The notes: generated by a model from the sequence alone, not told the origin. A DNA stretch of 38,909 nt from a virus (IMGVR_UViG_3300034160_000204:1-38909); one strand, 5' to 3'. Counted from the first letter of the stretch, positions 8,915 through 17,275 are shown. A program made the numbers and translations.

Positions 8915-9292
8915 CTACTCAGTACCTTTGATTCTTCTGCGAGCGTAGTTCTCAACATACTCATCTAGTTCTTTCAGCCTGGCGCCAAAGACAGCGATCA
9001 TATTTCTTTGCTCGGGTTGCGGGAGTTGACGGTAGAGCATGAGCAGTTCCACTTCATCAGCTGCGAGGCCTGTCTCTTCGACACTTTCGCCGTATAGCCA
9101 CGCAATAGAAACACCTGCCGCCTCTGCTATAGCAAGGGCGGATTTCTTGCTAATTGTCCCCGTTCTAAACCAGCCGCTTACCGCTTGCTTACTAACCCCG
9201 GCGATGCGGGCCATGTCAGCCTTGGATATACCTTTCTGGTTTATTTCAGTGAGCCTGCTAATCAGGTCTGGGTGTTCTTTATTCGTTGTCAT
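8915..9292 (-). CDS. CI-like immunity repressor (XRE HTH, no S24 peptidase domain)
   Basis: HTH SKADMARIAGVSKQAVSGW; divergent from cro; only 125 aa. Confidence 0.9.
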   Translation of the reverse strand: MTTNKEHPDLISRLTEINQKGISKADMARIAGVSKQAVSGWFRTGTISKKSALAIAEAAGVSIAWLYGESVEETGLAADEVELLMLYRQLPQPEQRNMIAVFGARLKELDEYVENYARRRIKGTE

Positions 9293-9302
9293 GAGCTCTA
9301 TT

Positions 9303-9368
9303 GTAAATCATTGCTTTACATCCGCAATGATCTGTTTGCTTGATCAATTGGTAAATAAATGCTTTACT
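9303..9368 (+). promoter_or_regulatory. OR operators (9303-9319, 9351-9367) and pR promoter (9340-9368)
   Basis: Two GTAAA-N7-TTTAC palindromes; TTGATC-N17-TTTACT with the same hexamers as pL. Confidence 0.78.
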
Positions 9369-9395
9369 TTTGTCGTTACTCATACGGAGGTCGTA

Positions 9396-9632
9396 ATGAC
9401 TGGTATCAACAACGCAATCCGCAAACACGGAAATGCAAATACGTTAGGCAAGGCATTAGGCGTAAGCCGAATGGCTGTTTGCCTGTGGAAAAAAAATGGC
9501 GTGCCTCCCGACAGGGTGCTCTCCATTTTCCAAGCAACAGGCGTCACTCCCCACGAGTTACGCCCGGATCTTTACCCCAACCCAACAGACGGCCTACCAC
9601 CAGGCCAGCAAGGTAGCACTGAAGCTGTTTAA
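9396..9632 (+). CDS. Cro-like / YdaS-family regulator, 78 aa
   Basis: Start re-assigned to MTGINNA (GGAGG RBS); HTH and the TGVTPHELRPDLYPNPTDGLP YdaS signature. Confidence 0.9.
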   Translation: MTGINNAIRKHGNANTLGKALGVSRMAVCLWKKNGVPPDRVLSIFQATGVTPHELRPDLYPNPTDGLPPGQQGSTEAV

Positions 9633-9642
9633 GGACTGAAGC

Positions 9643-10095
9643 ATGAAAATCAAACACAAGCACATTCGGGATGCGCTGATCGCATGGTCTACCCACCCAG
9701 GCGGCAGAAAGATGCCAGCAGCAGCGATCGCAGAGGCATATTTCGCGCTGGGCATGACAAAGCCGCTATTGCACGACGATGTCCACCCGGAAGCCCTGAA
9801 CCGTAACACTCAGAAAATCTTCCGCTGGGTGGAGAGCGACACGCCCGCGAGCCAAGCAAAAATACAGCAACTGCTCCCGGCGATCATCAAGGCCATGCCT
9901 GACGAGCTAAGTAATCACCTGCTCGTTTCCAGATCTATCGAATATCGCGCAATCCAAAACGTACGGGATTCGCTGAATCACTCACTCGCAGCACTGAACA
10001 AGCTATCAGCCGTTCTGGTAGGGACTATCGCTGTGGATCTCTTGGGTAACCAGTCTGAATCTGGAGCGTCAGATAACAGCATCACCATGCATTAA
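9643..10095 (+). CDS. YdaT-family regulator (CII functional analogue)
   Basis: MKIKHKHIRDAL.AW and QKIFRWVESDT motifs; follows cro. Confidence 0.85.
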   Translation: MKIKHKHIRDALIAWSTHPGGRKMPAAAIAEAYFALGMTKPLLHDDVHPEALNRNTQKIFRWVESDTPASQAKIQQLLPAIIKAMPDELSNHLLVSRSIEYRAIQNVRDSLNHSLAALNKLSAVLVGTIAVDLLGNQSESGASDNSITMH

Positions 10096-10110
10096 CCGGG
10101 GCATAAACCA

Positions 10111-10356
10111 ATGGCAAGATTTTCCAGAGAACAGATCGAAGCACAAATCCGCGACCAGCTGGTGCGCGATGGATTTTCCGCTGATGTGGCGCGTTCTGCC
10201 GCAATGCGCGGCGCTGAGCACTATACATTGCGCCCAAACGCGACGATCGCCAGCAGCTTGGCAGTTGCCAAGACGTATGCCAAACCGCTGAAGCGTGTTC
10301 GTGATAAGCCGGACCGCCCGCACGTTCCAGGGCGGCGTAAGGGGGCATACCGATGA
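10111..10356 (+). CDS. Hypothetical basic protein, 81 aa
   Basis: ATG start in operon; stop overlaps the next ATG. Confidence 0.7.
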   Translation: MARFSREQIEAQIRDQLVRDGFSADVARSAAMRGAEHYTLRPNATIASSLAVAKTYAKPLKRVRDKPDRPHVPGRRKGAYR

Positions 10357-10460
10357 GACTGCGAAGATTAACCCTCGGGGCATGGTTGTTTGTCGGTGTC
10401 ATTTTTTTGGCGCTGATAGGGATTACCTGGGCGCTCATCGTGGTGATTTATGGCCTTTGA
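10353..10460 (+). CDS. Small single-pass membrane peptide, 35 aa
   Basis: Hand-translated MRLRRLTLGAWLFVGVIFLALIGITWALIVVIYGL; ATGA coupling; AAGGGGG RBS. Confidence 0.6.
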   Translation: MRLRRLTLGAWLFVGVIFLALIGITWALIVVIYGL

Positions 10461-11709
10461 AAACCTCTTTCGCTGCTATGTCGGTGACTGCGTGGAGCTT
10501 ATGCGTTCTATGCCAGAAAAAGCGTTCCACACCTGCGTGACGAGCCCGCCTTATTACGGGCTACGTGATTACGGTGTGGACGGTCAAATAGGCCTGGAAC
10601 CGACGCCGGAAGAATTCATCGAGAAGCTGGTCGGCGTATTCCGCGAGGTTCGCCGCCTGCTGCGTGATGACGGCACGCTGTGGGTGAATATCGGCGATAC
10701 ATACGCAACTGGTGGCCGGGGCGGCGGCGGCTCTTTCATGGATGCTCGGAGCGATGGCGCGTGGAAGGGAAAAAGTGCTGTTACCGGCTGGCGTTCGGCA
10801 CCGCAAGGAATGAAGCATAAAGACCTCATTGGCATACCGTGGATGCTGGCTTTCGCTCTGCGTGCTGACGGTTGGTATCTGCGTCAGGACATTATTTGGC
10901 ACAAGCCAAACCCGATGCCGGAAAGCGTACGCGATCGCTGCACCAAAGCGCATGAGTACGTTTTTTTATTTAGCAAATCGCCACGGTATTACTTCGACCA
11001 TGTGGCATTCAAGGAACCTGCCGTCGGCAATGGCGAGATCGGCTCGGGTGTTGGATGGAACCACTCAAGCAAGGTCGATCCACGTGATGGCCGAGTTGGC
11101 CGAACGCGCTCAAAGCGTGATTCATTCAAACGTGGCGGCAGCAAACGTGAGCAGGCAATACCAGGCCAGATGTATGGCACGCATAGAACAGAGCGAGAGG
11201 AATCAGCGTGGGATACGAATATGCGTAATCGCCGCAGCGTTTGGACGATCGCAACGCGGCCGTTCAAGGGTGCCCATTTTGCAACGTTCCCGCCTGCGTT
11301 GGTTGAACCGTGCATTTTGGCAGGAACGAGCGAGAAGGGACATTGTCCGGCATGCGGCGAACGTTGGGTTCGGAAGATAGAAAGGGAGTTCGTTCCTCAG
11401 GGTGATGTAAGTGCTGAGAAGGCTTTTCGTGGGCATGGTGACACGAAGCCCATGGATGCAAGCAATAGCTGGCAGGGTTTTGCCAGGGGTATGACGCGAA
11501 CGGATACCGTGGGCTGGGCTGCGGGTTGTCAATGCGGGTTGGAGCCGGTGCCTGACGTAATGATTGATCCATTCGGTGGCAGTGGCACGAGTGCCGGTGT
11601 TGCTGTTGCCCATGGCATTAAAGCCGTGCTGTGTGAGCTTAACCCGGCTTATGCGGCGATGGTGCCAGCCAGGGTGCATGACGTAGCAACATCGATTACA
11701 AAAAACTGA
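10450..11709 (+). CDS. Orphan beta-class amino DNA methyltransferase (N4-cytosine or N6-adenine)
   Basis: Motif IV TSPPY near the N-terminus, HFATFP, motif I DPFGGSGT near the C-terminus. Confidence 0.92.
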   Translation: MAFENLFRCYVGDCVELMRSMPEKAFHTCVTSPPYYGLRDYGVDGQIGLEPTPEEFIEKLVGVFREVRRLLRDDGTLWVNIGDTYATGGRGGGGSFMDARSDGAWKGKSAVTGWRSAPQGMKHKDLIGIPWMLAFALRADGWYLRQDIIWHKPNPMPESVRDRCTKAHEYVFLFSKSPRYYFDHVAFKEPAVGNGEIGSGVGWNHSSKVDPRDGRVGRTRSKRDSFKRGGSKREQAIPGQMYGTHRTEREESAWDTNMRNRRSVWTIATRPFKGAHFATFPPALVEPCILAGTSEKGHCPACGERWVRKIEREFVPQGDVSAEKAFRGHGDTKPMDASNSWQGFARGMTRTDTVGWAAGCQCGLEPVPDVMIDPFGGSGTSAGVAVAHGIKAVLCELNPAYAAMVPARVHDVATSITKN

Positions 11710-11716
11710 GGTACGT

Positions 11717-12745
11717 ATGGCGGCAAGTTGGATCAAGGTTGAAGTGATAACCCCGGATAAACCGGAGGTATTCCAATTGTCGGAAATCATGAATCTCGAC
11801 CCTGACGCGGTGCTTGGGAAACTGGTCAGGTTATGGGCGTGGGCCGATCAACAGACCATTGACGGTAACGCAAACTGTAACGCTGCGAGCGTTACAAAAA
11901 AAGCAATCGATCGCATCACTTTTGTTTCCGGGTTTGCAGATGCGCTGATAACTGTCGGTTGGCTCGTATTGGATGAGGGAGGGCTGATTTTCCCGAACTT
12001 TGAAAGACATAATGGAAATACATCTAAAAATCGGGCAGTTACGAATAGACGCGTTACAAAGTCGAGAGATTTGAAACGCACAAATAACGCTAAGTGTAAC
12101 GGTGTCAGCGTTACACATACGTATCAAAAACCGTTACCAGAGGAAGAGGAAGAGGAAGATATAAAAGATAAAACCCTATTGTCTCATGGCGAAAAAAACG
12201 CCACGAGACCAGACGATGATTCCCAGCAATCCGAACAGGACGGATCAACACCCGACGGAGGAAAAAACCGGCACGAATACACGCCAGATTTTGAAGCTGC
12301 ATGGTCGGGATATCCAAGGCGACCCGGAAGCCCCGACAAGCACGGAGCGTTCAAAGCCTGGAATGCCCGGCTGCGGGATGGCGTAACGGCTGAGTCAATG
12401 CTGGACGGCGTGAGGCGATACGCAGCGTTCGTCGTGGCTACGGGTAAATCCGGTACCGAATTTATCAAGCAGGCAAAAACATTTTTCGGACCGTCCAGGC
12501 ATTTCGAGGACGAATGGCTAACAACCTCAGGAGGTACGCATGCGGAATTCCGATTTAACCAGAACGACCCAAGACCGTACTCAGAACAGTACCTGGAATG
12601 GGAGCAACGGCAACAACCCGCAGGAGCCAGCGGCATGGCGCCTGTGGGACCTGATGTACAAAATTTACGGCCAGCGCTGGAATGCGAAGAATGGCAATCG
12701 ACCTTCGAATCTCTGGGAGGCTCAGGTCAATTCGATGACGAGTGA
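11717..12745 (+). CDS. Phage replication initiator (O-like, YdaU-type N-terminus)
   Basis: MAASWIKVEVITPDKPEV, FPNFERHNG, PEEEEEED linker, FEAAWSGYPRR C-terminal domain; internal iterons. Confidence 0.88.
   Translation: MAASWIKVEVITPDKPEVFQLSEIMNLDPDAVLGKLVRLWAWADQQTIDGNANCNAASVTKKAIDRITFVSGFADALITVGWLVLDEGGLIFPNFERHNGNTSKNRAVTNRRVTKSRDLKRTNNAKCNGVSVTHTYQKPLPEEEEEEDIKDKTLLSHGEKNATRPDDDSQQSEQDGSTPDGGKNRHEYTPDFEAAWSGYPRRPGSPDKHGAFKAWNARLRDGVTAESMLDGVRRYAAFVVATGKSGTEFIKQAKTFFGPSRHFEDEWLTTSGGTHAEFRFNQNDPRPYSEQYLEWEQRQQPAGASGMAPVGPDVQNLRPALECEEWQSTFESLGGSGQFDDE
11865..12140. repeat. Replication origin iterons (TGTAACG / CGTTACA)
   Basis: Palindromes TGTAACGCTgcgAGCGTTACA (11876-11896) and GTGTAACG..CGTTACAC (12094-12116), with half-sites at 11865, ~12051 and ~12132. 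Confidence 0.7.
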
Positions 12746-13190
12746 GCAGATCACCCGCGTCTGCAACGGCTGCATTGAGCGTTGTACCAGTGGCAACACG
12801 TGGCCGCCAGACTTTGCTGAGTTTGTGGCGCTGGTCGCTGAGTGCGGTGGCGGCGTGCTGGGCTTAACGGTTGATGACGTGCTGGCCGAGAACAAGCGCT
12901 GGCGGGATAATTTTTTCCGTTACAACTGCACCGAGGCGTTCCCGTGGAAGCACCCGGTTTTATATCAGATTTGCATCGCGCTGAAGCGCAAGGGGATTGA
13001 GTACAAGCTGACTGAAAAAGAGCTACGCAACTTAGCGGCGGAGGAGCTGGCACATTGGGAAAAGCGCGCAAAAAGCGGCATCCCCATTCCACCAATCAGG
13101 GCACAAATCGCCGCGCCGAAAGCGCCACCAGGACCAACCCCGGCGGAACTGGCGTATGGCGAGTACAAGCGTAAGAAAAATTTGGGGTAA
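12540..13190 (+). CDS. Replication protein P-like (helicase loader); start uncertain
   Basis: WPPDFAEF motif; follows the initiator; GGAGG RBS before 12540, alternative ATG at 12735. Confidence 0.75.
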   Translation: MRNSDLTRTTQDRTQNSTWNGSNGNNPQEPAAWRLWDLMYKIYGQRWNAKNGNRPSNLWEAQVNSMTSEQITRVCNGCIERCTSGNTWPPDFAEFVALVAECGGGVLGLTVDDVLAENKRWRDNFFRYNCTEAFPWKHPVLYQICIALKRKGIEYKLTEKELRNLAAEELAHWEKRAKSGIPIPPIRAQIAAPKAPPGPTPAELAYGEYKRKKNLG

Positions 13191-13227
13191 CACCATGACT
13201 AACCGTGAAATTACCGGAGCATAACCA

Positions 13228-13626
13228 ATGACCAGCAAAAACAGAATTACCAGCCAGCAGTTCGTCGATCTCATCATCGGCAAAGACTTAACGACATCTG
13301 AAATCATGGTCTTGTTACGTGAAAAATACCCGAACCATACAACGAGCCGATCGGTAATTTCCCAACGGCTTCAGTCGATGCTTGGTTCTCCATTCGTTGA
13401 AATCGAACAGAGCGGCCGGAAAAATTTAACCAAGTGGCACCTCAAGAAAGTTTCCGATCGGTATCTCAGCCAGAGCGAAAAAAACCTCCGCCTACATGCC
13501 GGTGAGCAGTCTACGTCGGATAAATCATCGTGGTATTTCAAACCGGAAGAGCGGCGGGCCTGCCAGTTGCACAAGATGTTCGATCAGGCACTGGCCAGCG
13601 TGCGGGGGGGGTATGCCAATGATTGA
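13228..13626 (+). CDS. Hypothetical protein, possibly winged-HTH
   Basis: GGAG RBS; 132 aa basic ORF in operon. Confidence 0.7.
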   Translation: MTSKNRITSQQFVDLIIGKDLTTSEIMVLLREKYPNHTTSRSVISQRLQSMLGSPFVEIEQSGRKNLTKWHLKKVSDRYLSQSEKNLRLHAGEQSTSDKSSWYFKPEERRACQLHKMFDQALASVRGGYAND

Positions 13627-13765
13627 ATTCTGCCACTGGCTCAGCATGGTCGGAAACGCCATTCTCGCTATCCCCATCATCGTTGCGGTGTGGGGTATTT
13701 GCATCATTTTTGATTGCTTCGAAGAGGACGACGACAGCCGCCCGGAGGACCAGGATTATGACTGA
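13619..13765 (+). CDS. Small membrane protein, 48 aa, with acidic tail
   Basis: MIEFCHWLSMVGNAILAIPIIVAVWGICIIFDCFEEDDDSRPEDQDYD; 8-nt overlaps with both neighbours. Confidence 0.55.
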   Translation: MIEFCHWLSMVGNAILAIPIIVAVWGICIIFDCFEEDDDSRPEDQDYD

Positions 13766-14246
13766 TTTAAAAAAACTGTTAGAGCAGGCGCAGGGCAGGT
13801 CGGCTAATGAATTTTGGCTGGCAACCGGGCGGCGGCCGACAGATGTGATTGTTGAACTGGCCCAGCACCTGGAAAAACTGGCGGTTGAGAGTGTGGCGCT
13901 GAAAACGGCCATTGACGGTTTCAACCAAGAGCTATATGGAAAGGGTTTTGAGGTTTTAGGTTGGCATTTAAACGGGGATACCGAACCGCTTGATAGTTGG
14001 TTTGAGGATAACGATTGGAATCCTGAAACCCCTGCCACTGATGCCGTGCTGGAATGCATTGAAGCGCGGGGAGTGGAGCGATTCGCAAAAGAGTATCTGA
14101 GAGAAACAGCCAAAGAACATAGTGCCGAAGGGAATGAGCATATGGCTCTGAGGTTTATTACTTTCGCAAATATGGCGGAAGGGTTCGCTGCGAGTCTCAG
14201 AAATCCCCCATATCGTGCTAAAGAGCTGCGGGAGGTCCGGGGATGA
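13758..14246 (+). CDS. Ead/Ea22-like protein, 162 aa
   Basis: Start re-assigned to MTDLKK; LAVESVALK and ETPATDA..EARGVE..FAASLR motifs typical of Ead-like proteins. Confidence 0.65.
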   Translation: MTDLKKLLEQAQGRSANEFWLATGRRPTDVIVELAQHLEKLAVESVALKTAIDGFNQELYGKGFEVLGWHLNGDTEPLDSWFEDNDWNPETPATDAVLECIEARGVERFAKEYLRETAKEHSAEGNEHMALRFITFANMAEGFAASLRNPPYRAKELREVRG

Positions 14247-14512
14247 GGATTATGCCTAGATCAATTGAGCACCTCACTGATGAGGTGATTGCCGAAGCTT
14301 TTGAGGGCACCAACTTTGGGCGAACTGATTTCAGCAGAATATTGGCCGAAGTCGTCGTTAAGCGGGCGGCTGGTTATCACTGCGGCTGGACAGCGACGAC
14401 GATAGCCAAAAACCTTGGGCTCATTACTCCTGAAAAGCACTTGCCGACAAAGATCGGCCACGAATGGGCTTGTGAAATTTTCTATTCACGCCGCAATCAG
14501 GAGGCCCGGTGA
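14243..14512 (+). CDS. Hypothetical protein, 89 aa
   Basis: GGAGG RBS; ATGA coupling. Confidence 0.75.
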   Translation: MRIMPRSIEHLTDEVIAEAFEGTNFGRTDFSRILAEVVVKRAAGYHCGWTATTIAKNLGLITPEKHLPTKIGHEWACEIFYSRRNQEAR

Positions 14513-14733
14513 TGGCAACTAATAGCGAACTGAAGCCGTGCCCGAGTTGCAAGTCAGACAACATTATTCACCGCTGCTTTTCTCATATCCCCAACACTTC
14601 GGAATTCAACAAAAATGGTTGGTACTGCTCAGAATGTGGGAATGGCCCATTCAGTCAGTTTACCAGTGAACTTGATGCAGCAAAATTTGCAGCAGCATTA
14701 CTGTGTGACAGCGAGGCCCATCATGAAGAGTAA
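14512..14733 (+). CDS. Lar-like zinc-ribbon protein (possible restriction alleviation)
   Basis: ELKPCPSC...CSECG pattern; GGAGG RBS. Confidence 0.6.
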   Translation: MATNSELKPCPSCKSDNIIHRCFSHIPNTSEFNKNGWYCSECGNGPFSQFTSELDAAKFAAALLCDSEAHHEE

Positions 14734-14992
14734 CGGCGAAGTAATGCTCAAGAACGCCATCAGCCGGATCGTTGAGCTGGAAACCATGCTGTTGATCCCT
14801 GTTGAAAATACGGTGTGGCCGCAAGAAGTGGAACTGGTGATATCCCAGATTGAAGGGGTAGCGAATTTGCCGGAGTGCCATCAAAAACGGCTCCGGCACC
14901 ATATCAATCGCATGTGGCTCGAAAAGATGCCGATGCCCTCGATCATTTCCGTTGCCACCGTGCTGGCAGCGACTTTGGGGCAATACGCATGA
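14723..14992 (+). CDS. Hypothetical protein, 89 aa
   Basis: Start re-assigned to MKSNGEV (GAGG RBS); ATGA overlap with the methyltransferase. Confidence 0.7.
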   Translation: MKSNGEVMLKNAISRIVELETMLLIPVENTVWPQEVELVISQIEGVANLPECHQKRLRHHINRMWLEKMPMPSIISVATVLAATLGQYA

Positions 14993-16974
14993 AAGAGATT
15001 ATTGTCGATAATTTTGCTGGTGGTGGCGGTGCATCAACAGGGATCGAGCTGGCCACCGGCCGCAGTGTTGATATCGCCATCAATCACGACCCGCACGCGA
15101 TCGCAATGCACGAAACCAATCACCCGGACACGTTGCATTACTGCGAATCCGTTTTCGATATTGATCCTGTTTCTGCTACCGCAGGGCGGCCGGTGGGGCT
15201 GGCTTGGTTTAGTCCGGACTGCCGTCATTTTTCCAAGGCCAAAGGCGGCGCACCGGTCAAAAAAGAAATTCGAGGGCTTGCCTGGGTAAAAATTCGGTGG
15301 ATTCTTAAGGTCCGGCCGCGCATGACGGCGATGGAGAACGTGGAGGAATTCAAAACGTGGGGGCCGCTTATTACCGATGCGCATGGCAATGATTACCCAT
15401 GCCCGGAACGCGTCGGAGAAACTTTTGCGGCGTTCGTAGCAATGCTAACCACAGGCATTGCTGCAGATCACCCTGCATTGGCGGAGTGCTGTGAGGTATT
15501 GGGCATCACGGCGGGCAGCGAGGACCATGGCAAATTGATCGCGGGCCTGGGCTATACCGTCGAATATCGTGAGCTGCGCGCCTGTGATTATGGCGCGCCA
15601 ACCATTCGAAAACGCTTTTTCATGCTGGCGCGGTGCGATGGATTGCCAATTGTTTGGCCTGAGCCCACTCATGGCGATCCAAAGTCGCAGGAAGTTAAAA
15701 GCGGCAAGTTGAGGCCATGGAGAACGGCGGCCGAGGTCATCGACTGGAGTATCCCGACAAAGAGTATTTTTGGCCGAAAAAAAGACCTGGCTGATAACAC
15801 TTTGCGGCGCATCGTCAAAGGGCTCCAGCGGTTCGTTATCAACAGCCCAGATCCTTACATCGTGCAGATAGGGCAAACCGGTTTTGGCGGTGATGGGCGG
15901 CAGTACGCAGCAGAGCAACCGCTGACCACCATCACAAGCAAAGCAGAACACCTGCTGATCGAGCCGTATGTCGTGAAAAGCAACCACACTTCGAGCAAAA
16001 CCAAGTATGACTGCTTCCGGGGGCAATCCGGCAGACTGCCACTTCAAACGATCACCCAAACCCATGGATTCGGGATTGCAGCCCCAGTGGTGGTTAGGCA
16101 GTTCGGAAACAGCACTGGCCAGCGGGTGGGTGCACCAGTTGGCACGGTAATGCCTGGTGGCGGCGGTAAAACGCAGTTGGCCAGTGCGGTGCTTGTGGGT
16201 GCTGGTGGGCCGAAATATTCCGGCAAGCCGCTCAACACCCTGACTACAGGCGCAGCAACTGGCCGCCCGGCTACTGGTGTGCAGCACGCCTTAGTCGCGG
16301 CCAATCTGGTCAAACACTACGGTGGAAACTATACCGGCGCAGGCCTGGGAGTGGATGAGCCGTTGCATACAGTGACACAAGTCGATCACCACGGGCTTTG
16401 CACGTCGCACCTTGTCCACCTGCGCGGAACGTGCAAAGACGGCAGGCCGATTACTGACCCGGTGCCGACGATCATGGCCGGTGGGCAGCATAACGGCCAC
16501 GTCCAAGCGTTCCTCACAAAATATTACGGCACTGCGACCGCTGTTGACGTAGCAGAACCGGTGCACGCGGTTACCACAAAAGACAGGATGGCACTCACCG
16601 AAGCGCATTGCGACCAGGAGCCGCTCACGGAGGAACATCGCTACGGTGCATGGTGGTGTGCTCGGTTACTGGAGAAATTCAGCGACGAGCCTGACGACAG
16701 CCACCTATTCCCGGCAGAGCGCCCCAGCTATATCCGCGTCGGTGATTATATCATCGTGGACATCTGCATGCGCATGCTGGAACCACGGGAGCTGTACCGC
16801 GCGCAAGGCTTTCCTGATTGGTACATCATCGATCGGGATTATCGCGGGAAAAAATACTCGAAAGCGGCGCAGGTAGCACGGTGTGGCAACGCGGTGCCGC
16901 CGCCTTTCGCCGAAGCACTGGTGCGCGCTAATTTACCAGAAATGTGCGTTGCTCGGCAGGATGTGGCTGCGTGA
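14989..16974 (+). CDS. Orphan C5-cytosine DNA methyltransferase, 661 aa
   Basis: Motif I DNFAGGGG, catalytic SPDC, ENV, TIRKRFF, motif X GNAVPP; start re-assigned to MKEIIVD. Confidence 0.93.
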   Translation: MKEIIVDNFAGGGGASTGIELATGRSVDIAINHDPHAIAMHETNHPDTLHYCESVFDIDPVSATAGRPVGLAWFSPDCRHFSKAKGGAPVKKEIRGLAWVKIRWILKVRPRMTAMENVEEFKTWGPLITDAHGNDYPCPERVGETFAAFVAMLTTGIAADHPALAECCEVLGITAGSEDHGKLIAGLGYTVEYRELRACDYGAPTIRKRFFMLARCDGLPIVWPEPTHGDPKSQEVKSGKLRPWRTAAEVIDWSIPTKSIFGRKKDLADNTLRRIVKGLQRFVINSPDPYIVQIGQTGFGGDGRQYAAEQPLTTITSKAEHLLIEPYVVKSNHTSSKTKYDCFRGQSGRLPLQTITQTHGFGIAAPVVVRQFGNSTGQRVGAPVGTVMPGGGGKTQLASAVLVGAGGPKYSGKPLNTLTTGAATGRPATGVQHALVAANLVKHYGGNYTGAGLGVDEPLHTVTQVDHHGLCTSHLVHLRGTCKDGRPITDPVPTIMAGGQHNGHVQAFLTKYYGTATAVDVAEPVHAVTTKDRMALTEAHCDQEPLTEEHRYGAWWCARLLEKFSDEPDDSHLFPAERPSYIRVGDYIIVDICMRMLEPRELYRAQGFPDWYIIDRDYRGKKYSKAAQVARCGNAVPPPFAEALVRANLPEMCVARQDVAA

Positions 16975-16990
16975 TGTATTTTTAAAAGGC

Positions 16991-17016
16991 AAAAAGGGGA
17001 TGGCTCCCCTTTTTTT
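16991..17016. terminator. Bidirectional rho-independent terminator
   Basis: AAAAAGGGGA-tggc-TCCCCTTTTTTT between convergent genes. Confidence 0.8.
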
Positions 17017-17017
17017 A

Positions 17018-17275
17018 TTACTCATATTCATCAATTTCAGCGCGAAGTTTTTCCAATAGTGGGCTTATCAGTGCTCTGCGCAGGTCACTCCCGAGCGCGG
17101 TGAGCATTAAATCAGCATCAGCTACAGATAACCTCTGATTGCTCCGGTCGTTGAGTAACCTCTTTACACGTTCATAATCTATACCTGTGGAATCGGCTAA
17201 CCATTTTCTGCTATGGTTTTGTTTTATAAGTAATTTCCTGATGGTGTTCTTAAGTTCCAGCTCAATTTCGTGCAT
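17018..17275 (-). CDS. XRE-family HTH protein (AT-rich moron); start may be TTG at 17296
   Basis: SRKWLADSTGIDYERVKRLLN HTH; opposite strand to the operon; own terminator. Confidence 0.75.
   Translation of the reverse strand: MHEIELELKNTIRKLLIKQNHSRKWLADSTGIDYERVKRLLNDRSNQRLSVADADLMLTALGSDLRRALISPLLEKLRAEIDEYE

Noticed and set aside
9039-9395. Long N-terminal extension of Cro (197-aa ORF)
   Set aside because: It is antisense to cI and spans the operators; the real start is at 9396 with a GGAGG RBS
9396-10095. YdaS/YdaT as a toxin-antitoxin system
   Set aside because: Position in the immunity region identifies them as Cro and a CII analogue
13605-13611. G7 homopolymer as a phase-variation or frameshift site
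   Set aside because: It is short and serves as the likely RBS of the 13619 ORF; flanking frames are intact
15445-16287. 280-aa minus-strand ORF, and similar shadow ORFs such as 26464-27216, 25843-26439 and 19116-19751
   Set aside because: They are antisense to well-supported genes and have no motifs or RBS
10450-16974. Restriction-modification system
   Set aside because: Neither methylase has a recognisable cognate endonuclease; the HNH gene is distant and of homing type
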